Assembly: GCA_000092065.1 (NCBI GenBank)
Contig: CP000585.1
Strand: one strand, 5' to 3'
Origin: Ostreococcus lucimarinus
Lineage: Eukaryota
Length of the DNA stretch: 64,000 nucleotides
The position numbers and the translations under genes were made by a program. The notes beneath the pieces were generated by a model that saw only the letters and a list, made by a program, of their open reading frames with translations, made no database searches and was not told the DNA's origin. Shown here piece by piece: positions 48,052 through 57,641 of this stretch (its first letter is position 1; every line of letters begins with the position of its first letter).

Positions 48052-49290
48052 TCACGCGGACGCTTCTTTCGCTTCTTCGTCCTCGTTCGTCGCGTCCGCG
48101 ACGGCTTCGGTCGGTTCGATCGGTGCGTCGGCGGGTGCGTCGGCGGTCGGCGCGGCTTCGATCGGCGGCGGCTCGAGATCGTGCAAGCCGTGCGCCTCCA
48201 ACGCGGCTTTCGCTTCGGCCTCCTCCTTCAGCGCGGCGCGCTTCGCGCGCTCGTCGGCTAATTGCCTGGCGGCTTCTTTGTTTGCCTCTTCTTCCTTGAT
48301 CGCGCGCTTGATGAGCTTGGCGCAGTCGTCGTGCCCCTTTTTATTGGCGATTTGGCGCGGCGTCTTCCCCTTGGCGTCGACGGCGGCGGTGTTCGCGCCT
48401 CGCTTGAGGAGCAAACCGACGACGTCTTCGTACCCACCGCTGCACGCGGCGTGAAGTGGCGTCGCACCTTTTCCATCGAGCGATTCGATCTGCATGTCAC
48501 TATCGAGCAAGAGTTCGACGACGTCGTCGTGGCCTTTTCTCGCGGCGAGATGCAGCGCCGTGGCGCCGTTGCCCGCGCGCGTCTCGACGTCGCACCCAGC
48601 CTTGATCAAGCGACTCACCACGTTGACGTGTCCTTTAGAACACGCGACGTGTAACGCGTTGTTATCGCAGTCGTCCTGCGCGTCCAAGTTTGCACCGCTC
48701 TTGATCAAGAGCTTCACCATCTCGACGTTGCCCTTGGCGGCGGCGACGAGCAACGGCGTCGTCGAATCTTCCTCCGACTTCGGCTCGTTCACGTTCGCAC
48801 CGAGCTCGAGGAGTTCGCGCGCGTCGACCACATCCCCGCTCGCCACCGCCGCGTGCAGCGCGCCCGCCTCTTTCGCCCGCGCCGCCTTCTTCTTCAACAT
48901 CTTTTTCGACGGTTCTTTATCCATCCCAAACATTTCCTCCGCCGTCTTCTCCTTCGGCGCGTCCGCCTCGTCCTCGGAGTCCGCGTTCCTGGGCTTAGGC
49001 GGTGGATTATCCCACGAATAACTCGTCGCGTTCCTATTATTCATCCCCCCCGGTCCACCGTCACCGAAATTCGCCGCGCCGCCGCCGCCGCCCGCGCGTT
49101 CGTACGACGCCGCCTTCTCTCCCGCGGGTCCCCTCGACCCCTCCCCGCGCTGTGCGTCCCACTCCGGCGTCGGCGGCATATTATGCGCTTCCGCCTCCTT
49201 CTTCTCGCCGCTTTTCCCTCCGAACATCGCGCCCGCTTTATCCGCGACGCTTCGCGCCGTCGACGTCAATCCATCCTTCAGCGAACTCAA
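48052..49290 (-). CDS. Ankyrin-repeat protein
   Basis: Five or more ANK repeats are present (TPLLVAAAKGNVEMVKLLIKSGANLDA, NALHVACSKGHVNVVSRLIKAGCDVE, ATALHLAARKGHDDVVELLL, ATPLHAACSGGYEDVVGLLLKRGAN, KTPRQIANKKGHDDCAKLI). The N-terminus is Gly-rich and the C-terminus is an acidic/Ala tail. Confidence 0.7.
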   Translation of the reverse strand: MSSLKDGLTSTARSVADKAGAMFGGKSGEKKEAEAHNMPPTPEWDAQRGEGSRGPAGEKAASYERAGGGGGAANFGDGGPGGMNNRNATSYSWDNPPPKPRNADSEDEADAPKEKTAEEMFGMDKEPSKKMLKKKAARAKEAGALHAAVASGDVVDARELLELGANVNEPKSEEDSTTPLLVAAAKGNVEMVKLLIKSGANLDAQDDCDNNALHVACSKGHVNVVSRLIKAGCDVETRAGNGATALHLAARKGHDDVVELLLDSDMQIESLDGKGATPLHAACSGGYEDVVGLLLKRGANTAAVDAKGKTPRQIANKKGHDDCAKLIKRAIKEEEANKEAARQLADERAKRAALKEEAEAKAALEAHGLHDLEPPPIEAAPTADAPADAPIEPTEAVADATNEDEEAKEASA

Positions 49291-49699
49291 ATCGATCCCA
49301 CGACCCTGCGTCGCCCCATCTCCTCGCTGCTTCGTCCCGTTCGCCCCATCGGCCGCGCGTCAGTCTCCATCGCCTCCCCGTCGCGCGTCTCGCCTCTCTT
49401 CGCGCATCGCGTCGCCATCCGCGTCGCGATCCTCGTCGGCGTGGATGGTGTTACGCATCCATCGATTCGCGTCGCGTCGCGTCGCGTCGCGCCGCCGCGC
49501 CGCCGCGCCGTCGTCGCTCGCACCTGGTGCGTCTCGCCCACGCGCTCGTACCCCGCGGTCCAGTTCTTGAGCGCGTCCATCGTCGTCGCGCTGTGCCGCG
49601 CGTCGTCACTCCATCGCGCGCGCGTCGTCGCGCCTCCATGCTCGCGCCGCTCGCGCGCGTCGCGCGTCGCGCGAGGACGACGGCCGAGGACGCGTCGTC

Positions 49700-50857
49700 G
49701 TGGTCGGCGGCGGCGCGGCGGGCGTCGCGTGCGCGCGCGCGCTCGCGGCGACGCGCGAGGTGACGCTGTTCGACGGCGGACGCGCGCCGGGAGGGCGGGC
49801 GTCGACGCGAGAGGGACGAAGAGGGGCGTGGGAGCACGGCGCGCGCTTCGTCGACGTCGAACGCGAACGCGAACGGGAACGCGACGACGACGACGACGAC
49901 GCAGCGGACGCGTGGATGCGAGACAGAGCGCGCGAGGGCGCGTTCGTAAGATGGGAAGGCGCGGTGGTGGCGCTGCGCGGCGGACGCGCGGTGAAGAAAA
50001 GGCTGGGCGCGCGACGGACGGCGACGCCGTCGTTCGGCGCCGTCGCGAAGGCGCTGCTCGAAAAGGTGGATTTGCGCGCGAGCGCGCGCGTCGTCGGGTT
50101 CGACGCGAGCGACGTCGACGGCGCGGGCGTGGTGGTGAAGTATCGAAGCGCGGCGCCGGACGAGGGAGGCGAGACGCGGTCGATGTCGGGGTTCGACGTG
50201 GTGGTGCTGGCGGATAAGAACGCGGCGAACGTCGCGGACGCGTTGGGCGTGGAAGAGCTCGCGCGAGCGATGCGGGAGGTGCCGTCGGTGCCGTCGTTGG
50301 TGTTGATGGTGACTTTGAATCGCGCGCCGGCGATCGAATTCGTGGGGGCTGAGATTGAGAACGACGACGCGTTGAGTTGGATCTCGAACGAGTCGTCGAA
50401 ACCGTCGCGGCGGCGCGACGCCAACTGTTGGGTCGCGCACTCCACCGACGCGTACGCGCGCGCGAAAGTGAATCTCGACACGCGTCCCGGAACTCGCGAG
50501 CACGACGCGTGGATGGACGCGGTCGCGAACGAGATGAGCGAGTCGTTGTTGCGAATTCTTCGCGAAGCCGAGGCGAACGCCGACGTCGACGTCGACGGCG
50601 CTCCGCTGGAGATTACGTACGCGCGCGCCCATCGCTGGGGCGCCGCGTTCCCGGCGGCCGTCGCCGCGGGCGCCGAAAAGTCCAAATTTCTTCGCGCCAC
50701 GTCGACGTCGCCGACCGGTCGCGTCACCACCGTGTACGCCGTCGGCGACTATTGCGTCGAGCACGATAGATTCGGCGGCTTTCGCGCCGCCGTCGCGAGC
50801 GGTCTCGCCTGCGCCGAAGACATACTCGCGACGAAATCGGCGCGTTCAAAACTTTAG
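49700..50857 (+). CDS. FAD/NAD(P)-binding oxidoreductase, renalase/amine-oxidase-like; the first exon is probably upstream (proposed join 49445..49526 + 49689..50857)
   Basis: The track ORF starts at a GTG inside the dinucleotide-binding motif RVVVVGGGAAGVACARALAA. The first in-frame ATG would delete the Rossmann fold. An in-frame TGA lies at 49568-49570. The proposed exon 1 is ATG 49445..49526 (MVLRIHRFASRRVASRRRAAAPSSLAP), followed by a GTGCGT donor and an acceptor AG at 49687-49688. This phase-1 join yields ...LAPGRVVVVGGGAAG. Confidence 0.55.
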   Translation: MVGGGAAGVACARALAATREVTLFDGGRAPGGRASTREGRRGAWEHGARFVDVERERERERDDDDDDAADAWMRDRAREGAFVRWEGAVVALRGGRAVKKRLGARRTATPSFGAVAKALLEKVDLRASARVVGFDASDVDGAGVVVKYRSAAPDEGGETRSMSGFDVVVLADKNAANVADALGVEELARAMREVPSVPSLVLMVTLNRAPAIEFVGAEIENDDALSWISNESSKPSRRRDANCWVAHSTDAYARAKVNLDTRPGTREHDAWMDAVANEMSESLLRILREAEANADVDVDGAPLEITYARAHRWGAAFPAAVAAGAEKSKFLRATSTSPTGRVTTVYAVGDYCVEHDRFGGFRAAVASGLACAEDILATKSARSKL

Positions 50858-50888
50858 CGGCGCATCGTCGTCATCTGTATCATACGCA

Positions 50889-51776
50889 TTGTTTGTCTCC
50901 GAGCGCCCGTCGTCTTCGCGAGTCCTCACTTCGGTGCTCGCGCGCGCCGTCGTCGCCATGCTCATCCTCTTCGGTCGCCATCCCACCCCTGGTCGCTGTA
51001 AATCCCGCCTCGCCCGCGCGTTGAACTCCGACGAAGCCGCCGCGGCGATCTACGACGCCATCGTGCGCGTCGTCTTGCTCAGAACGTCTCGCGAACGCGA
51101 CGACCGGGACACCGGTGGGTTACAGTTGAAATTTTCGTGCGCGTCCAGCGACGACGTCGCCGCGTGCGAAGCGCTGTTCGCGACCGGTGGGCGCTGGCGA
51201 GCGTGCGCGCGAAACGCGCGCGACGCGGCGGCGATCGAGGTGGAGGCGCAGACGCAGGTGGATGATTTAGGCGCGCGCATCGTCGAGGCGTTTCGCCGCG
51301 AAGTCGACGGCGACGCTCGATCGAGCGATTCCTCGATCGGACGCGCGGTCTGCGTCGCGGGAACGGACGTTCCGGAGTTTTCGAGAGCGCACGCGCTCGA
51401 GGCGCTGGCTCTCGTGGAGGGCGCGTCGAGCGCGGACGCGCCGCGCGTCGCGTTCGGCCCGTCGCGAGACGGCGGCTTTTACTGCGTCGCCGCGCGCGCC
51501 ACGCGCGCTAATTGCGACGCCCTCGAGCGCGCGCTCGCGGGCGTCCGCTGGAGCGCGTCGACGACGCTCGAAGAGTGCGCGCGCAACTGCCGCGCGAACG
51601 GTTTCGACGTGCGCGCGACGATGCCGGAATTATTAGACGTCGACGACGACGGCGATTTGGACGCCCTCCTCGCCGAGCGTCTCGCCGCCGACGACGAGCG
51701 CGAGTCCCCAGCCGTGCGCGACGCGTTCGCGGAAATGGTGCGAATATTAGAGAACAGCCGCGCGGCGCGGCCTTAG
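50889..51776 (+). CDS. DUF2064 (TIGR04282-type, glycosyltransferase-fold) protein
   Basis: MLILFGRHPTPGRCKSRLARALNSDEAAAAIYDAIV matches the DUF2064 N-terminal consensus (lvfaK.P.pGrvKTRL...lg...aa.ly.a.l). The true start may be the internal ATG at 50958. Confidence 0.55.
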   Translation: MFVSERPSSSRVLTSVLARAVVAMLILFGRHPTPGRCKSRLARALNSDEAAAAIYDAIVRVVLLRTSRERDDRDTGGLQLKFSCASSDDVAACEALFATGGRWRACARNARDAAAIEVEAQTQVDDLGARIVEAFRREVDGDARSSDSSIGRAVCVAGTDVPEFSRAHALEALALVEGASSADAPRVAFGPSRDGGFYCVAARATRANCDALERALAGVRWSASTTLEECARNCRANGFDVRATMPELLDVDDDGDLDALLAERLAADDERESPAVRDAFAEMVRILENSRAARP

Positions 51777-51894
51777 ATTTAGCCCTTCCGGCGATGAGGT
51801 GTGATGGAATCGTCGTCGTCGTCGTCGCCTCGGCGCTCGCGTCGCGCGCGAATTCGCCCGCGGCGCCACACCGCGCCTCGGCGCGACGCGCGCC

Positions 51895-53478
51895 ATGGAC
51901 CCGCGCTTCGGTCGCGACCGCGCGAACGCGCGCGCGCGCGCGCGCGCGCCGCCGCCGCCGCCGCCGTTGCCGCACCGCGCGCCGCCACCGCCACCGCCAC
52001 CGCCGCACCCCGCGAACGACGACGCGAACGTCGAGATCGACGTCGACGCGCTGCGATCGATGCCCAAGGACGAGCGGCGCGCGCTGGCGCGCATCGCCAA
52101 AGCGCTGCTGTCCGCCGAGGACGAAGAGACGAAGATCGAGCTCGCGGCGGAGTTGCAAAAGAGATGCGCGCGCGCGGCGAATGCGGCGGCGAACGGGACG
52201 GCGACGCCGAACGCGGGACGCGAGGACGACGACGCGCGACGACGCGATGAGGACTCGAACGCGACGGGAACGTCGGCGATGGCGCGCGCGGGCGCGCGGT
52301 TCGGCGACTGGACGGCGTCGCGAGAGGACGCCGAGACGCCGAGGACGAAGAAGCGCAAGACGACGACGAGCGAGACGGCGAGCGGGACGGTTCCGTCGTC
52401 GACCGAACGCGCGGCGCGCATGGATCGCGCGCAGCGATTCGCGCGGGAGGCGATACAGTTCGCGAGCGACGTGGCGAACGCGAAGGGGCGCGGGACGCCG
52501 ACGATGCAGGAGATGAAGATGCGCGACGCCGCGGCGGTGGGGACGAACACGGCGCTGGAGAAGACGTATTTACGCCTGACGGAGGCTCCGTCGATGGCCA
52601 CGGTGCGACCGCCGCACGTGTTAGAGCGCGCGCTCGAGTTGGTAAAGAGTAAATGGGTCGCGCATAAAGATTACGAGGGTTACGCCAAGGATCAGTTGAA
52701 ATCGATCCGGCAGGATTTGACGGTGCAGCACATTCGCGACGGGGATTTGGTGTTGCAGACGTACCAGACGCACGCGCGCATCGCGCTCGAGTGCGGAGAT
52801 TTAGCGGAGTATAATCAGTGCCAAGCCGTGCTGAAGGTGCTTCACGCGGAACTACTCGAGCGCACGTTCGGCGTCGATCACCCGTCGCCGTCGAAAAAGG
52901 GGAAAAAGTCTGCGTCCAAAAAGTCGAGCGGGAAGAAGCGATCGTCGAGCGAACGCGACGAAGACACGGATCGTTTCCCGGAAGGTACGGACGATATCGC
53001 CGAGTTCGCGGCGTACAGATTAATCTACGCCGCGGGCGCGGGCTCGAAGGGCGAGCGAAGTGCCGCGCTTCTGCGCGAGCTTCGCGACATCCCGCCGCGG
53101 CTGCGAACGCACCCCTTCCTGGAGCACGCCGTCCGCGTCTGCCGAGCGCTCGCGTCGTCCAACTTCCACCGTTTCTTCGCCCTGTACAACACCGTTCCGC
53201 GCATGGGCGCGTACCTCATGGACATCATCGCTCCATCCGTTCGCACGGACGCCGTTCGCGCCGTTCTCCGCGCGTACGCTCCCACCGTTCCCGTGGAATT
53301 CGTCGCCTCGGCGCTCGGCTTTTCCTCGAGCGCTTCGTGCGCCGACGCCCTGGCCGAGCGCCATCGCGCCGTCTTCGACGGCGCCGCGCGCGATCGCCTC
53401 GACGTCAGGGCCACGAACGCCGCCATCGCCGCCAACGCCGTTCGACCGTCCGTGTTAGATCGTCTCGCGCGTTTTTAA
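51895..53478 (+). CDS. SAC3/GANP-domain (PCI-like) protein, LENG8/Thp3-like
   Basis: LEKTYLRLTEAPSMATVRPPHVLERALELVKSKWVAHKDYEGYAKDQLKSIRQDLTVQHIRDGDLVLQTYQTHARIALECGDLAEYNQCQAVLKVLH matches the SAC3/GANP family core. The N-terminus is Pro-rich. Confidence 0.6.
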   Translation: MDPRFGRDRANARARARAPPPPPPLPHRAPPPPPPPPHPANDDANVEIDVDALRSMPKDERRALARIAKALLSAEDEETKIELAAELQKRCARAANAAANGTATPNAGREDDDARRRDEDSNATGTSAMARAGARFGDWTASREDAETPRTKKRKTTTSETASGTVPSSTERAARMDRAQRFAREAIQFASDVANAKGRGTPTMQEMKMRDAAAVGTNTALEKTYLRLTEAPSMATVRPPHVLERALELVKSKWVAHKDYEGYAKDQLKSIRQDLTVQHIRDGDLVLQTYQTHARIALECGDLAEYNQCQAVLKVLHAELLERTFGVDHPSPSKKGKKSASKKSSGKKRSSSERDEDTDRFPEGTDDIAEFAAYRLIYAAGAGSKGERSAALLRELRDIPPRLRTHPFLEHAVRVCRALASSNFHRFFALYNTVPRMGAYLMDIIAPSVRTDAVRAVLRAYAPTVPVEFVASALGFSSSASCADALAERHRAVFDGAARDRLDVRATNAAIAANAVRPSVLDRLARF

Positions 53479-53571
53479 TCGCGCCCGAGCGCGCGTCCCG
53501 CCCCGTCCCGTCCCGACGACAGTTGGTAAAGTGCGCTGGGCGCACATCGCGGCGCGATTCCTGACGCGAGC

Positions 53572-55086
53572 ATGGCGCGCGCGAAGATGACGTCGAGGCG
53601 CGCGCCCGGCGGTAAGGTCCGCCGTCCGCAGTTCACCGTCGGGTCGCCTCGCGCGCCCGCGCGCGATCGCGTCGGCGCGAGCGACGCCGCGCGGCGCAAC
53701 CGCACGCTCGCGCGCGTCTTCGCGCTCGGCGAGGATTGGACGGTGGCGGACGCGCGCGCGCGCGAGCGAGCGTTCCTCGCCGAGTGCGACGACGGCGCGT
53801 GGACCGGGCTGACGACGTACGACGCGCTGGAGGAACACGGGCTGTTCACGGCGGTGGTGGAGGCGGGATGGCACGAATTGTGTCGAGCGCTCGGCGTCGA
53901 CGAGGACGAACGCGCGGCGTACGGACCGTGGCGGTACGTTCCGGGACGGATTTCGCACGAAGCGGTGCCGTGGGATGATTTCGACGAAATGTATTGGAAG
54001 CACAAGGCGAAGGGACTCGTGGACGACGATTTGATCGAGACTTTAGAAGACGAAGGCGACGAAGACGAATACGTCACGACGCACGCCAAGCTTTCTCGCG
54101 ACGACGTGGCGTCGCTTCTGGAGGAGTACGGTAAGCGTTACCTGTTCCTCATCGTCCGCGAATTTGAAGGCGCCGACCACGTGGCGGCGAAGAGCCTAGC
54201 GTTGGACGCCAATATGGAGTACGTGCGGCACCAGCACGAGCAGAAGAGCGCGCACCCGGGCGTGCCCATGGCGAGGCTTTTAGATCCGAAAGAGCTCTCT
54301 TTCGACGAAATCAAGGCTATGTATAAGGCGGCGGGGCTGCGCGTAGGAAAGAACGCCAAGCGCGAGTCGCTTCTCAGAGAACTCGTCATTGAGGACAGAG
54401 CGCTCGAGCTCGACGCGTACGGAAAGGCGTTCGCAAAAGTTGTGAAGCGGCTCGACGTGGAGACCAAAAAGTTGCAGGACAAAATAGAAAAAGCCGTGAA
54501 CAAAGCCGTCAAGTCCGTGATCATCGACAAGTGGGACACCGATCGCAAAAATGATTTCCTCGCCACTCACGACCATTGGAGCGACGAGCGAAAGAAGGCT
54601 TGGCACGATGGCGTTGCCAGTCGATTGAAGAAGACGCAGAACGCGAAAAAGGTGCAGCCGAAGACGACGAAAGCGCAGCCGAAGACGACGAAAGCGCAGC
54701 CGAAGACGACGAAAGCGCAGCCGAAGACGACGAAAGCGCAGGCTAATAAACCGGCGAAACCCAAACGAAAACGAAACGATCCGTTGGTCACGTCGGACTT
54801 CGCCGTCGGGATGGAATTGTACGTCCGAGGCGCGAAAGGCGAGACGTGGCACGCCGAGGTGACGAAAGTGCGACCGTCGAACGCGAAGTGCCCGATCGAG
54901 GTAGCTTGGCTCGTCAAGCAAAGCGATGATGCATACGTGTACTGGGACTGCGCGCACAGAGACGTGATCGATTTGCGCACCGTCCTCGAGACGCACGCGC
55001 CCGGGCACTTTCCAGCCGGGAAACGCGCGCGGTGCGTCGCGTGCGAGGCGGCGAAAACCACGTGCGCCAAGCGCGCGAAGACGTGA
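53572..55086 (+). CDS. Hypothetical protein with (KAQPKTT)x4 repeat and C-terminal Tudor/chromo-barrel-like region
   Basis: The 504-aa ORF contains four perfect 21-nt tandem units (54655..54738) encoding KAQPKTT. A basic tract KPAKPKRKRN follows. The block DFAVGMELYVRGAKGETWHAEVTKVRPSNAKCPIEVAWLVKQSDDAYVYWD resembles a Tudor/Agenet-type barrel (inference). Confidence 0.5.
   Translation: MARAKMTSRRAPGGKVRRPQFTVGSPRAPARDRVGASDAARRNRTLARVFALGEDWTVADARARERAFLAECDDGAWTGLTTYDALEEHGLFTAVVEAGWHELCRALGVDEDERAAYGPWRYVPGRISHEAVPWDDFDEMYWKHKAKGLVDDDLIETLEDEGDEDEYVTTHAKLSRDDVASLLEEYGKRYLFLIVREFEGADHVAAKSLALDANMEYVRHQHEQKSAHPGVPMARLLDPKELSFDEIKAMYKAAGLRVGKNAKRESLLRELVIEDRALELDAYGKAFAKVVKRLDVETKKLQDKIEKAVNKAVKSVIIDKWDTDRKNDFLATHDHWSDERKKAWHDGVASRLKKTQNAKKVQPKTTKAQPKTTKAQPKTTKAQPKTTKAQANKPAKPKRKRNDPLVTSDFAVGMELYVRGAKGETWHAEVTKVRPSNAKCPIEVAWLVKQSDDAYVYWDCAHRDVIDLRTVLETHAPGHFPAGKRARCVACEAAKTTCAKRAKT
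54652..54741 (+). repeat. Four perfect tandem 21-nt coding repeats (CAGCCGAAGACGACGAAAGCG) encoding (KAQPKTT)4
   Basis: The units are identical at the nucleotide level. They lie inside the CDS 53572..55086. Confidence 0.85.
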
Positions 55087-55302
55087 CAACCGCATCGACG
55101 ATAATCACTCGATTTCCGAACGCGACCACCGCCCGAATCGCTCGCATTACCGCGTATTCATTGTAGACCCAAATGCGTCGCGTTCGTCCCGTCCCGTCCC
55201 GTCCCGTCGAGGTGACAGAATTCACGATCCAACGCATTCCGCGACGTTCGACGCGCTCGCACGCCCGCGCTCGCACGCTCCGCGCCCTCGCGCGCGCTCG
55301 AT

Positions 55303-55677
55303 ATGTTCACGACGGCGTCCACGACGCTCCAATTCGCGCGCGCGCGCGTCGACGCGCCGCGAAAGCGCGCGCGCGCGATGCGTGAGTCAGCACGAGATAA
55401 CCGTCGCGGTGGGTTCGCGCTGACGACGCGCGCGAGCAAGGACGACCGACCGACGAAGGCGTCGGAAGAGCTCGCGGAAAAGTTCACCACGGGTGGCGGC
55501 GGCGCCGATGGATTCTGCGATTACGACGACATCAAGGACGCGATCAAGGAGTGCGAGGGACTGGAGGGCGCGAAGCTCGAGGCGTGCTACGCGCAGTACG
55601 GATGTAACCTCGAATCCGTGACCGAGCACTACGCGAAAGCGGCGGGGATCGACAGCAAGAATGAAAAGGCGAAGTAG
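55303..55677 (+). CDS. Small hypothetical Cys-containing protein with presequence
   Basis: The 124-aa ORF lies in an otherwise empty 660-bp interval. It reads MFTTASTTLQFARARVDAPRKRARAM (transit-like), then ...GGGGADGFCDYDDIKDAIKECEGLEGAKLEACYAQYGCNLESVTEHY with paired cysteines. Its composition is normal. I do not recognise a domain. Confidence 0.4.
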   Translation: MFTTASTTLQFARARVDAPRKRARAMRESARDNRRGGFALTTRASKDDRPTKASEELAEKFTTGGGGADGFCDYDDIKDAIKECEGLEGAKLEACYAQYGCNLESVTEHYAKAAGIDSKNEKAK

Positions 55678-55745
55678 GCTTGACTAGGTACGCGCGTACC
55701 GTGTAAGTTATTACAACAACAAGAAAGAATATTTCGACGCGGCGA

Positions 55746-57305
55746 TCATTTGAAAAAGCACATTTTTCCGTAGTGCATCAACGTTCTGTAAAAGAACTTT
55801 TCCTGTAACAAGACGCGGGAGAGCTGGGAGTCAGCCTTGGACGTGCCCGGGACGGCGACCATGTGAGCGTAACCGCGAGCGTTGTGGTACCAATCGATCG
55901 GGACGCCCGGTTGGCCGTAAACGTCGACGCGCGCGCAGCGGTTGGATCGAAGGAGCATGAGCAGGGCGACGAACGCCGGTGATGGGTCGCCGCGATAGCC
56001 CCAACCGACGACGTTCGAGCCTAGCTCGAGGTCCGCGGAGAGCGAGTCGTGGATGATGCGGCCGACCTTGCGCGCAGATTCGTAGGCTTGCTCGTCCAAC
56101 TCCACCGTTATCACGTCTTCCGGGCCGTCGCGAATCATGGTGAATTTGCAATACTTGCGTTCCGTCAAGACGTTGCAGTACACAGCCGTGTCGTGCGCGT
56201 CGATAGCGGTGGCGAATCGACTGACAGCTCCGTTGTATCGTTCGCCAGTTTCGGGATTATACTCCGCCTCGGTCGTCCACGCGCAGGTGCCCATGCCTTG
56301 CGGCGCGCCGCCAAGCGACGGAAGGTCGGTGGCGTTAAACTTGGTACGCGGATCGTTGGAGTATTTAATCAACACCGTTGACAGACGCTTTAACGTCTCC
56401 GCGCTCGCTTGTGGATTCACCACGGCAGCCGCATCGGCCTTGAGCGCTCGTGCGAGTAAGTCTGTCGCCATGTCGGCGCATTGCATCGTTTTGAATTGGC
56501 AGCGAGCGTCGTAGCCCGTGATGTTCGCGGCGTGAAATATTAATTGCCGCTCCGTGGTTTCTTTCCTCCAATCCATGTCTTTCGTCATTCCGCTCAACAT
56601 TAGCGGGTTTTGGAATCTATACCTCCGCACGAGCTTGCCGTCTTTGTGGATAAGCGTCGACGTAGGCACCTCCACCTCGACGTCTTGCGCGCCGTCTTCT
56701 CCCTCGTCGTCCGCGTCGCCCAATAATTTACGCCTACCGATGACGTTCGGCAACGGATCACGTCCCGAAATGATCTTCAACTCCTCCTCCTCTGTCACAA
56801 TCTCGCTCTCCAGCGTCTTTTCCGCCTCCTTCATCTCCGTCTTCGCCTCCTTCAGTTCCTCCTTCACCGACTCTTCCTCCTCCAACTCGCTCGCCGTGCG
56901 CACCTTTTCCGTCGTCTTCGCCTCTTTGGTCAGGTAAAACGCCCGTTCACCGTCCAATTCGTGCAACTCTAACCCAGGAATCACCGCCGTGGGCGTGAAA
57001 TCATTCTTCAAGCACTGATCCGGCACTCCTAGCGCGGCCCATCGTCGCGTGGCGTCTCTCGGCGGCGCCGTCGCCGACGATCGTTCCGGCGTCTTCGTCC
57101 GCATCGACACGCGCCCGTGTCGACCGACGATGTGCGATTTACTCCCTCCTCGATCGCCCGCGCCGACGTCCGTCGTCACCGCCGCGACGACCAACGCGAC
57201 GAGGAATATCGCCGCCACGCTCGCCGCCACGAAGAGCGCCGGGTCGCGCGCCCAATCGAATCGCACCCCCGACCGCAGCGCCCGCCGCGCGATCGCGCGC
57301 GCCAT
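55746..57305 (-). CDS. Type II membrane Golgi-type glycosyltransferase-like protein, possibly GT29 sialyltransferase-like
   Basis: A signal-anchor (ALFVAASVAAIFLVALVVAAV) is followed by an acidic coiled stem and a C-terminal globular domain. The domain contains RCARVDVYGQPGVPIDWYHNARGYAHMVAVPGT, which is reminiscent of the sialyl S and VS motifs. This is a weak assignment. Confidence 0.45.
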   Translation of the reverse strand: MARAIARRALRSGVRFDWARDPALFVAASVAAIFLVALVVAAVTTDVGAGDRGGSKSHIVGRHGRVSMRTKTPERSSATAPPRDATRRWAALGVPDQCLKNDFTPTAVIPGLELHELDGERAFYLTKEAKTTEKVRTASELEEEESVKEELKEAKTEMKEAEKTLESEIVTEEEELKIISGRDPLPNVIGRRKLLGDADDEGEDGAQDVEVEVPTSTLIHKDGKLVRRYRFQNPLMLSGMTKDMDWRKETTERQLIFHAANITGYDARCQFKTMQCADMATDLLARALKADAAAVVNPQASAETLKRLSTVLIKYSNDPRTKFNATDLPSLGGAPQGMGTCAWTTEAEYNPETGERYNGAVSRFATAIDAHDTAVYCNVLTERKYCKFTMIRDGPEDVITVELDEQAYESARKVGRIIHDSLSADLELGSNVVGWGYRGDPSPAFVALLMLLRSNRCARVDVYGQPGVPIDWYHNARGYAHMVAVPGTSKADSQLSRVLLQEKFFYRTLMHYGKMCFFK

Positions 57306-57571
57306 CGTCGTCGTCCGCGACGTCGTCGGCGCGCTCTTACCTCTCGCGTCCTTTCCCTGTTCGAGCGCGCGTCGTCGTCAGTCTCGTTCGCGCGCGTCTC
57401 GATCGCGACGTCGCCGCGTTTCGCATCGTTCGTTCGTCCACCGCCGTCGTCGCGGCGTCGCGCGCGCGCGCACCTCGTCCATCGCGACCTCTTCGTCGTC
57501 GCCGCGCCTCGGCGCGTCGCGCGCGTCCATCGCGTCCGTCGCGCGTCGAGGTGTCGACCGAAGTCGCGCGT

Positions 57572-57601
57572 CGATTCGATTCGATTCGATTCGATTCGAT
57601 C
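57572..57601. repeat. (CGATT)6 pentanucleotide microsatellite in a bidirectional promoter
   Basis: It lies between the divergent genes 55746..57305 (minus) and 57642..58961 (plus). Confidence 0.8.
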
Positions 57602-57641
57602 GACGCGCGCGGACGCACACGGCGACGCGCGCGCCGCGGGC

